A stretch of 64,000 bases of DNA. Source: Elusimicrobia bacterium GWB2_63_16 (lineage in GTDB: Bacteria; Elusimicrobiota; Elusimicrobia; Elusimicrobiales; UBA9959). The position numbers were made by a program, and so were the translations under genes. Every line of letters begins with the position of its first letter. Within the stretch, counting starts at the first letter, position 1. The notes beneath the pieces are model-generated. The model saw only the letters and a list, made by a program, of their open reading frames with translations. It was not told the origin of the DNA and ran no database searches. This document shows, piece after piece, positions 57,089-64,000 of this stretch. The stretch spans positions 10,954 to 74,953 of the forward strand of contig MGTZ01000028.1 in the NCBI GenBank assembly GCA_001799715.1, written 5' to 3'.

Positions 57089-57862
57089 TTATTTACCCTT
57101 GGCCGCGGAGCCGCCGTCGAGCGTCAGGTAGCCGCGCAGGTGCATGTCTATGAGGTGGGGGGTCTTGCCGCTCATGATATCGATCACGCCCTCGAGGATG
57201 AGCTGCAGCACCAGCGTCTCCTCCATGGCGCGCAGGCGGATCTTGTTGGCCACCGGCACGCAGAACATGTTGGAGAAGCCGATACCGAACAGGGCCGAAG
57301 TGATGGCCACGGCCATGGAGCGGCCGATGGCGGTGGGGTCGGAGATGTTGGAGAGCGTCTGGATGATGCCGAACAGGGTGCCGATCAGGCCGAACATGGG
57401 GGAGAGCACGCCGGCGGTGCGGTACAGGTTGGAGTCCTCGGAGATGTCCAGGCGGCGCAGGCGGATCTCCTCTTCCAGTATGGCGCGGGTCTCGCGCGAC
57501 TCCGCGCTGACCATGGCCACGCCCACCGCGCGCTTCAGGAAGCCGTTGGCGAAGGAGGCGTCCACGCTGGTCAGGGCCATGATGCCGCCCTGCTTCTGCG
57601 CGGTCTCGGCCATGCCCACGAGCATGCGCACCGCCTCGTGCACGGAGGGCATCTTGGGGGAGGAGAAAATGGCCGCGAGGGCCTTGAGGCCGGTCACGAA
57701 GCGCCTGTAGGAGGTGTTGATGATGGTGGCGGCCAGGGTGCCGCCCAGCACTATCACGATGCCGTGGGAGTTGAAGATGTTGCCGGCCACGCCCGAGGAA
57801 TAGGCGCCCCAGGCCACCACGGCCCCGCCCAGCACGAAACCCACGATCGTCATCATATCCAT
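57089..57862 (-). CDS. motA: MotA-type stator subunit (MotA/TolQ/ExbB proton-channel family)
   Basis: 257 aa, 4 TM. Collinear by eye with MotA/PomA (MDMMTIVGFVLGGAVV..., GVLSPMFGLIGTLFGII, AITSALFGIGFSNMFCVPVANKI, ILEGVIDIMSGKTP). GGAG SD. Confidence 0.85.
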   Translation of the reverse strand: MDMMTIVGFVLGGAVVAWGAYSSGVAGNIFNSHGIVIVLGGTLAATIINTSYRRFVTGLKALAAIFSSPKMPSVHEAVRMLVGMAETAQKQGGIMALTSVDASFANGFLKRAVGVAMVSAESRETRAILEEEIRLRRLDISEDSNLYRTAGVLSPMFGLIGTLFGIIQTLSNISDPTAIGRSMAVAITSALFGIGFSNMFCVPVANKIRLRAMEETLVLQLILEGVIDIMSGKTPHLIDMHLRGYLTLDGGSAAKGK

Positions 57863-58049
57863 AGTTGAGTCTCCAAAAACGGTTATCCTTACGGAGTAAT
57901 TGTACAGGAACCATGTTACCGAATTTTTACATATATATAATATAAAATTGCGCGGTGATTTTAGATTTTGATACCATTTATACCTGAAACGGCCGGACCG
58001 GCCCCGGAAAGGGCCAGGCCGCGGATTTTCGCCGAAACAGGAGCCAACT
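57863..58049. promoter_or_regulatory. AT-rich divergent promoter region (motA operon / acyl-CoA dehydrogenase operon)
   Basis: Markedly AT-rich, with tatataatataaaatt on the plus strand and TACAAT on the minus strand (57899-57904). Both flanking genes have SDs. Confidence 0.45.
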
Positions 58050-59204
58050 ATGGATTACTTACTCACCGAATCCCAGATCATGATACGGGACCTGGCGCGC
58101 AAGATCGCCCAGGAGAAGATAAAGCCCGTGGCGGCCCAGTACGATGAGAGCGAAGAATTCGCCTGGCCGATCATGAAGGTCCTGGCCGAGAGCGACCTGT
58201 TCGGCGTCTACCTGCCCGAGCAGTACGGCGGCCTGGGCGGCGGCATCCTGGATATGTGCCTGGTGACCGAGGAACTCTCCCGCGCCTGCGGCGGCATAGC
58301 CCTGGGCTACGCCGGCACCGGCCTGGGCACCCTGCCCATCCTGCTGCACGGCTCCGAGGAGCAGAAGAAAAAGTATCTGCCCGACATCGCCAGCGGCAAA
58401 CGGCTGGCCGCTTTCTGCATCACCGAGGCGGAAGCCGGTTCCGACGCGGGCTCCATAAAGACCACCGCCCGCAAAGAGGGGAACAAGTACATCCTCAACG
58501 GCACCAAGCAATGGATCACCAACGCCGGAGAGGCGGAGATCTACACCGTGATAGCCCTGACCGACAAGGCCAAGGGCGTGCGCGGCGCCAGCGCCTTTAT
58601 CGTGGAGAAGGGCACCAAGGGCATGGAGTTCGGCAAGAAAGAGAAGAAGATGGGCATCCGCGCCAGCGCCACCCGCGAGGTCATCTTCACCGACTGCGAA
58701 GTCCCGGCCGAGAACCTGATCTCCCGCGAGGGCATGGGCTTCATCGTGGCCATGAAGACCCTCGACACCTCCCGCCCCGGCGTGGCCGCCCAGGCCGTCG
58801 GTATCGCCCAGGGCGCCCTCGACTGCGCCCTCGACTATTCCCGCACCCGCGTGCAGTTCGGCGCGCCCATCTCCAGCTTCCAGGCGATACAGCATATGCT
58901 GGCCGACATGGGCACCCAGGTGGAGGCCGCCCGCGCGCTGGCCTATTCGGTCGCCCGCCTGGTGGACTCAGGCGCCAAGAGCGTGTCCAAGGAAAGCGCC
59001 ATGGCCAAGCTCTTCGCCAGCGACGTGGCGATGAAAGTCGCCGTCGACGCGGTGCAGATCATGGGCGGCTACGGCTATATGCGCGACTACCCGGCGGAGA
59101 AGTTCATGCGCGACGCCAAGATCACGCAGATCTACGAAGGCACCAACCAGATCCAGCGCAACGTCATCGCCGCCAACATGATCAAGGAAACCCTCAAGAA
59201 ATAG
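58050..59204 (+). CDS. Short-chain acyl-CoA dehydrogenase (Bcd-like)
   Basis: 384 aa. TEAEAGSD, WITNAG, and IYEGTNQIQR motifs. AGGAG SD. Confidence 0.95.
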   Translation: MDYLLTESQIMIRDLARKIAQEKIKPVAAQYDESEEFAWPIMKVLAESDLFGVYLPEQYGGLGGGILDMCLVTEELSRACGGIALGYAGTGLGTLPILLHGSEEQKKKYLPDIASGKRLAAFCITEAEAGSDAGSIKTTARKEGNKYILNGTKQWITNAGEAEIYTVIALTDKAKGVRGASAFIVEKGTKGMEFGKKEKKMGIRASATREVIFTDCEVPAENLISREGMGFIVAMKTLDTSRPGVAAQAVGIAQGALDCALDYSRTRVQFGAPISSFQAIQHMLADMGTQVEAARALAYSVARLVDSGAKSVSKESAMAKLFASDVAMKVAVDAVQIMGGYGYMRDYPAEKFMRDAKITQIYEGTNQIQRNVIAANMIKETLKK

Positions 59205-59205
59205 C

Positions 59206-59988
59206 ATGAACATAATCGTCTGCATCAAGCAGGTCCCCAACACCACCGACGTACGCATAGACCCGGTCACGAATACGCTGATACGCGACGGGGTGGAGAG
59301 CGTGATCAACCCGTTCGACGCCTACGCCATAGAAGAGGCCGTGCGCCTCAAGGAGCGCTGCGGCGGCAAGGTGACGGCCGTCACCATGGGGCCGCCCCAG
59401 GCGGAGACCGCCCTCAAGGAGGCCATAGGCCTCGGCTGCGACGAGGCCGTGCTGGTCAGCGACCGCAAGTTCGCCGGCTCCGACACCTGGGCCACCTCTT
59501 ACACCCTGGCCTGCGCCATAGAGAAGCTGGAAGCCTACGACGTGATAATCTGCGGCAAGCAGGCCTCCGACGGCGATACCGCCCAGGTGGGCCCCGGCAT
59601 TTCCACGCACCTCGACATTCCGCAGGTCACCTACGTCAAGAAGATCGTGGAGATCAACGATAAGAGCGCCCGGGTGGAGCGCATGACCGAGGAGGGTTAC
59701 GACGTGGTGGAAGTGCCGCTGCCCTGCCTCTTCACCGTGGTCAAGGAGATCAACACGCCCCGCATGCCGTCGCTCAAGGGCATGATGCGCGCCAAGTCCG
59801 CCAAGATAGCCAAATGGACCGCCGCCGACCTGGACGCCGATCCGGCCGCCCTCGGCCTGGACGGCTCGCCCACGCGCGTGGTGAAGATCTTCACCCCCGA
59901 GGCCCGCAAGGGCGGGGAGATGATCTCCGGCTCCACCGACGAGGTGGCCAAAGAGCTCGTAGAGCTGCTCAAAGGGGAGGTGGTGTAA
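59206..59988 (+). CDS. etfB: Electron transfer flavoprotein beta subunit
   Basis: MNIIVCIKQVPN N-terminus and ICGKQASDGDTAQVGP motif. Confidence 0.95.
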   Translation: MNIIVCIKQVPNTTDVRIDPVTNTLIRDGVESVINPFDAYAIEEAVRLKERCGGKVTAVTMGPPQAETALKEAIGLGCDEAVLVSDRKFAGSDTWATSYTLACAIEKLEAYDVIICGKQASDGDTAQVGPGISTHLDIPQVTYVKKIVEINDKSARVERMTEEGYDVVEVPLPCLFTVVKEINTPRMPSLKGMMRAKSAKIAKWTAADLDADPAALGLDGSPTRVVKIFTPEARKGGEMISGSTDEVAKELVELLKGEVV

Positions 59989-61187
59989 TGGCCTCCATCA
60001 AGATCCTGCTGGATAAATGCACCGGCTGCACCCTGTGCGTAAAGACCTGCCCCTTCGGCGCCATCCACATGGCCGACCGCAAGGCCGTCATAGACATGGC
60101 CAAGTGCACCCTCTGCGGCTCCTGCGTGGCCGCCTGCAAATTCTCGGCGATAGAGCTGGAGAAGTCCGGAGGCCCCAGGAAGGACCTGTCCGGCTATAAG
60201 GACGTCTGGGTATTCTGCGAGCAGAAGAAGGGCGTCATCCAGAGCATCTCTTTCGAACTGCTGGGCGAAGGCCGCAAGCTGGCCGACAAACTGGGCGTGA
60301 AACTGTGCGCCGTGCTGCTCGGCCACGACATGGAGACCGCCGCCGGCAAGCTGGGCGAGCGCGGCGCCGACAAGGTCTATCTGGTGGACCACCCGGCCCT
60401 GGCGGCCTACCAGGACGATCCCTATACCGCCGTGCTGGTTAAGCTCGTCGAGGAATACAAACCGGAGGCGCTGCTCTGCGGCGCCACCACCATAGGCCGC
60501 AGCCTCATCTCGCGCGTCGCCATAAAGACCAGCGCCGGCCTGACGGCCGACTGCACCGGCCTCGACGTGGACACCAAGGAGCGGCTGCTGCTGCAGACCC
60601 GCCCCGCCTTCGGCGGCAATATCATGGCCACCATCATAGCGCCCAACCACAGGCCGCAGATGGCCACCGTGCGCCACAAGGTCATGCAGGAGGCCCCGGT
60701 GAAGCCGGGCCGCGGCGTGGAGATAGTCAGCAATGTCTATCCCGAGGAGACCTTCGCCTCCAGAAGCAAGCTGCTCGAAGTGGTGGAAGAAATAGCCAAT
60801 ACGGTCAATATCTCCGAGGCCGACATCATAGTGGCCGGCGGCCGCGGCATGGGCGGCAAGGAGAATTTCGCGCGGCTCGAGGAGCTGGCGAAGGTGCTGG
60901 GCGGCGCCGTGGGCGCCAGCCGCAGCGCGGTGGACGCCGACTGGATCGGCTACTCGCACCAGGTGGGCCAGACCGGCAAGACCGTGGTGCCCAAGCTGTA
61001 CTTCGCCTGCGGCATCTCCGGCCAGATCCAGCACCTGATCGGCATGCAGTCGTCCAAGGTCATCGTGGCCATAAACAAGGACCCCGACGCGCCCATCTTC
61101 AAGGTGGCCACCTACGGCATCGTGGGCGACGTCAATGAACTGGTGCCCGCGCTCACCCGCGAATTCAAGCGCGCGCTGAACAAATAA
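59988..61187 (+). CDS. etfA: Electron transfer flavoprotein alpha subunit with N-terminal 2x[4Fe-4S] ferredoxin domain
   Basis: Trimmed to [10 protein letters not shown] at 59988. [12 protein letters not shown] and [13 protein letters not shown]-terminal [18 protein letters not shown]-binding motif. Confidence 0.9.
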   Translation: MASIKILLDKCTGCTLCVKTCPFGAIHMADRKAVIDMAKCTLCGSCVAACKFSAIELEKSGGPRKDLSGYKDVWVFCEQKKGVIQSISFELLGEGRKLADKLGVKLCAVLLGHDMETAAGKLGERGADKVYLVDHPALAAYQDDPYTAVLVKLVEEYKPEALLCGATTIGRSLISRVAIKTSAGLTADCTGLDVDTKERLLLQTRPAFGGNIMATIIAPNHRPQMATVRHKVMQEAPVKPGRGVEIVSNVYPEETFASRSKLLEVVEEIANTVNISEADIIVAGGRGMGGKENFARLEELAKVLGGAVGASRSAVDADWIGYSHQVGQTGKTVVPKLYFACGISGQIQHLIGMQSSKVIVAINKDPDAPIFKVATYGIVGDVNELVPALTREFKRALNK

Positions 61188-61197
61188 GGAAAATACC

Positions 61198-62826
61198 ATG
61201 GCTGACATCACCCCGCTGAAGAGCCTGCCCGAATGGAAGGCCCTCGAGGGCCATTATCAAAAAATAAGCCGCGTACACCTGCGCGACCTGTTCGCCGCCG
61301 ACCCGAAGCGCGGCGAGAAACTTGCGCTGGAGGCCGCCGGGATCTACTTCGACTATTCCAAGCACCGCGTCACCGAAGAGACCATGGGGCTGCTCGCCGA
61401 CCTCGCGGAGGCATCGGGCCTGCGGGAGAAGATAGAGGACATGTACACCGGCGAGAAGATAAATCTCACCGAGGGCCGCGCCGTACTGCACACGGCCCTG
61501 CGCGCCCCGAAGAACGCCACAGTAGTAGTGGACGGGGAAAATGTAGTGCCGCATGTGCACGCCGTGCTGGAGAAGATGGAGCAGTTCGCCGAGAAAGTGC
61601 GCGGGGGACATTGGAAGGGCCATACCGGCAAGGCTATAAAGAACATCGTCAACATCGGCATAGGCGGCTCGGACCTGGGGCCGGTCATGGCCTACGAGGC
61701 CCTGAAGCACTATTCCCGGCGCGGCCTGGTCTTCCGCTTCGTCTCCAATGTGGACGGCGCCGACTTCGCCGAGGCCGTCATAGACCTGGACCCGGCCGAA
61801 ACACTTTTCATCGTGGCCTCCAAGACCTTCACCACTCAGGAGACCATGGCCAACGCCGAGACCGCGCGCGACTGGGCACTCGAGACCCTCAAGGACAAGG
61901 CCGCGATAGCGAAGCATTTCGTGGCCGTCTCTACGAACGCCGCCAAGGTTTCGGCCTTCGGCATAGACACCGCCAATATGTTCGGCTTCTGGGACTGGGT
62001 GGGCGGGCGCTACTCCATGTTCTCCGCCATCGGCCTGTCTACGATGCTGGCCATTGGCCCGAAACATTTCAGGGAGATGCTCGCCGGGGCGCACGAGATG
62101 GACGAGCATTACCGCAACGCGCCCTTCGAGCGGAACCTGCCGGCGCTGATGGGCCTGCTCGGCATCTGGTACAACAACTTCTTCGGCGCGCAGAGCATAG
62201 CCGTGCTGCCCTACGAGCAGTACCTCAAGCGCTTCCCAGCCTACCTGCAGCAGATGACCATGGAGAGCAACGGCAAGCGCGTCACGCTCGACGGGCGCGC
62301 CGTGGATTACCAGACCAGCCAGATCTACTGGGGCGAGCCCGGCACCAACGGCCAGCACTCCTTCTACCAGCTGATACACCAGGGCACCAAGCTCATCCCC
62401 TGCGACTTCATCGCCTTCTCGAAGACGCACCATAAGCTGGGCCGCCACCACGACCTGCTCATGGCCAATGTCTTCGCGCAGGCCGAGGCCCTCGCCTTCG
62501 GCAAGACGGTGGAGGAACTAAAGGCCGAAGGCGTTAAGGACTGGCTGGTGCCGCACAAGACCTTCGAGGGCAACCGCCCGTCCACCACCATGCTGCTAGA
62601 TGAACTGACCCCAGCCGCGCTGGGCCGCCTGGTGGCGCTCTACGAGCATTCCGTCTTCACGCAGGGCATGATCTGGCAGGTGGGCCCCTTCGACCAGTGG
62701 GGGGTGGAACTGGGCAAGGCCCTGGCCGGGCGCATAGCCCCCGAGCTGGAAGCCAAGTCCGAGCCGGAACTCAAACACGACTCCTCCACCAACGCCCTGA
62801 TACGCCGGTACCGGAAAGCCAGGTAG
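61198..62826 (+). CDS. pgi: Glucose-6-phosphate isomerase
   Basis: 542 aa. [37 protein letters not shown] motifs. Confidence 0.95.
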   Translation: MADITPLKSLPEWKALEGHYQKISRVHLRDLFAADPKRGEKLALEAAGIYFDYSKHRVTEETMGLLADLAEASGLREKIEDMYTGEKINLTEGRAVLHTALRAPKNATVVVDGENVVPHVHAVLEKMEQFAEKVRGGHWKGHTGKAIKNIVNIGIGGSDLGPVMAYEALKHYSRRGLVFRFVSNVDGADFAEAVIDLDPAETLFIVASKTFTTQETMANAETARDWALETLKDKAAIAKHFVAVSTNAAKVSAFGIDTANMFGFWDWVGGRYSMFSAIGLSTMLAIGPKHFREMLAGAHEMDEHYRNAPFERNLPALMGLLGIWYNNFFGAQSIAVLPYEQYLKRFPAYLQQMTMESNGKRVTLDGRAVDYQTSQIYWGEPGTNGQHSFYQLIHQGTKLIPCDFIAFSKTHHKLGRHHDLLMANVFAQAEALAFGKTVEELKAEGVKDWLVPHKTFEGNRPSTTMLLDELTPAALGRLVALYEHSVFTQGMIWQVGPFDQWGVELGKALAGRIAPELEAKSEPELKHDSSTNALIRRYRKAR

Positions 62827-62828
62827 CC

Positions 62829-64000
62829 GTGAACATAGCCCCCGGGACAGCGCGCAGGCTGGCGGCCGCCAGGGACATAGCGGCCGTGCTGCTGTTCTGC
62901 GCGCTGGTCTGGCTGGGCGGCAGCGCCGTCCTGGGCTCGCCCTACCTGCAGAAAGAGCGCCTCACCCGCCGGGAGGCCGCCGCAGACATAGACGCCTTCT
63001 TCTCCAGAATTGATAAAACACACCCCCTGCCGCGCGCCGGCCTGACGCCGGAGAGCTGGGACGGGCTCCGGCGGGCCGCGCAAGAGGAGGCGGACCTGCG
63101 CCTCGACGAGTTCGGCCGCATAACGGTCAGGGACCTGGCCTACTTGCTCTACAAGGCGGGCGCCGGGCTGGGGGACGCCAACACCCGGCCGCTCTGGCGG
63201 CCCCGCCGCAAATGGAAGGACCAGGAGCTGAAATACCCGCCCTTCACCGTGGATTACAGGCTGGGCAAGTTCGTGATAGACGCCGCCGCTGACGGGGAGC
63301 TGGCAGGCGAGGAACTGACGGCCATAGACGGAGTGCCGTTCGAAACTTATATCGCGCCGCTGCTGGGGAGAATCTCCGCCGCCGACGCCCGCTACCGTCG
63401 GGCGGCTTTCTGCGCCGAGCAGGGTTTCTGGTGGGACATTTCGGGACTCCTGGAGGGGAAACAGGCCGTGCGGCTGAACTTCAGGCTGCCCGACGGCAAA
63501 GTACGGGTAAAAGAAGCGCCCCTGGTTTCTGCCTGGGAATTCCGCCGACTGGCCGGTACACCGGAACACGTCAGGCCCAAGTTGCTGGTATCGCGCGGCG
63601 TGGCCTGGGTGGATTTGCCGACGGCCGCCTATAACAGGTCCTGGCGGAAGGCCTGCGACGCCGTCTTCGCCCAGCTTCGCCGCCAGCGCGTGAGCGCCCT
63701 GGTGCTGGACCTGCGCCGCAACGCCGGCACAGATGCCCGCGCCGCTTCCTATCTGCTCTCCTACCTCGCCGCCGGCGCCGGCTCGCCGGCCAGGGGGCAG
63801 GACGAGATCTATAGCGGCCGTACCAAGCTGCTGATAGGCCCGGGCACCGCCAACGCCGCCGCGCTGCTGGCCGCGCGCCTGCGCGCGCTGGGCGCCGCCG
63901 AGCTGCTCGGCGAGGAGAGCGGCGGCCCGCGGGACGCCTACAGCCCGCCCGTGACCTTCAAACTGCCGCACAGCGCCATGAGCTTCAGCGTGTCCTCGCG
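62829..64000 (+). CDS. S41-peptidase-like protein, 5' part (runs off the window)
   Basis: Not in the track because it has no stop. I translated the frame from the GTG at 62829 and it stays open to 64000. N-terminal TM. LVLDLRRNAG and LLIGPGTANAAALLA resemble S41 motifs. Confidence 0.55.
   Translation, partial: MNIAPGTARRLAAARDIAAVLLFCALVWLGGSAVLGSPYLQKERLTRREAAADIDAFFSRIDKTHPLPRAGLTPESWDGLRRAAQEEADLRLDEFGRITVRDLAYLLYKAGAGLGDANTRPLWRPRRKWKDQELKYPPFTVDYRLGKFVIDAAADGELAGEELTAIDGVPFETYIAPLLGRISAADARYRRAAFCAEQGFWWDISGLLEGKQAVRLNFRLPDGKVRVKEAPLVSAWEFRRLAGTPEHVRPKLLVSRGVAWVDLPTAAYNRSWRKACDAVFAQLRRQRVSALVLDLRRNAGTDARAASYLLSYLAAGAGSPARGQDEIYSGRTKLLIGPGTANAAALLAARLRALGAAELLGEESGGPRDAYSPPVTFKLPHSAMSFSVSS

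Noticed and set aside
56458-57862. MotAB as a Zorya-type (ZorAB) anti-phage system or as TolQR/ExbBD.
   Set aside because: MotA here is a standard 257-aa four-TM protein without the long ZorA C-terminal tail. No ZorC/D-like, TolA/TolB/Pal or TonB genes are adjacent. By eye the sequence follows MotA/PomA and MotB (OmpA-like) rather than TolQ/TolR.
40637-57862. Interpreting the accessory block as a mobile element, prophage or genomic island.
   Set aside because: There is no integrase, transposase, recombinase, flanking direct repeat or tRNA at the borders. Apart from short AT-rich promoters, the composition looks like the rest of the window. Only the tail-fibre-like repeats are phage-reminiscent.
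57863-57960. Search for sigma28 (TAAA-N15-GCCGATAA) or sigma54 (TGGCAC-N5-TTGC) promoters upstream of motA.
   Set aside because: The only partial resemblance is TGGTTCCTGTACAATT, which lacks the GC of the -12 element. No GCCGATAA-like box is present. Nothing supports flagellar-type sigma-factor control.

Overview
GC-rich bacterial chromosomal segment, densely coding. All calls are by eye from the six-frame track and the DNA; no searches were run. I found no rRNA, CRISPR array, transposase, integrase or phage core genes. I call about 60 protein genes, 2 tRNAs and one FMN riboswitch. Many long ORFs in the track are antisense shadow ORFs typical of high GC and are rejected.

Housekeeping blocks:
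- ackA.
- A translationally coupled DUF885 / ABC-2 exporter / His-rich TPR-like / GT4 operon.
- tig-clpP-lon, with no clpX.
- tRNA-Lys(CTT) and tRNA-Leu(TAG).
- Envelope genes: TPR-SpoIID/LytB, GT4 and GT2.
- yceD-rpmF-plsX-fabG-acpP-rnc.
- Thioredoxin-like, HAD and SpoU-methylase genes.
- A complete 14-gene nuoA-N operon.
- ribBA-ribH-ribD-ribE behind an FMN riboswitch.
- A Bcd-like acyl-CoA dehydrogenase with EtfB and a ferredoxin-fused EtfA.
- pgi.
- A partial S41-like gene at the right edge.

The accessory block at 40.6-57.9 kb is the most interesting part. It combines:
- a MotA/MotB stator pair;
- a single polypeptide that looks like the C-terminal half of FliF (ring-building motifs plus one TM) fused to a full FliG;
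- a long coiled-coil protein ending in a histidine-kinase-type ATPase that seems to lack the phospho-acceptor His;
- two canonical sensor kinases and three response regulators, one with a degenerate receiver;
- an outer-membrane beta-barrel (PorV/PorQ/FadL-like N-terminal motif) fused to TPR repeats;
- a stand-alone copy of a CHU_C / T9SS-type-B-like C-terminal sorting domain;
- an FN3 protein carrying the same domain;
- a 1073-aa tail-fibre-like repeat protein with a Cys-rich C-terminal knob.

No other flagellar or core T9SS genes are in the window. I interpret this block as a candidate flagellum-independent rotor-stator envelope machine linked to surface fibres or adhesins. This is inference and needs HMM, structure and whole-genome checks.

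Secondary observations:
- a recurrent -10 hexamer 6-8 nt upstream of start codons with no Shine-Dalgarno, which suggests leaderless mRNAs;
- a 214-bp structured element bounded by a 19-bp perfect inverted repeat;
- a promoter-driven trio of small ORFs in a lower-GC gap after nuoN;
- a 70-nt hairpin plus U-run between the two tRNAs.
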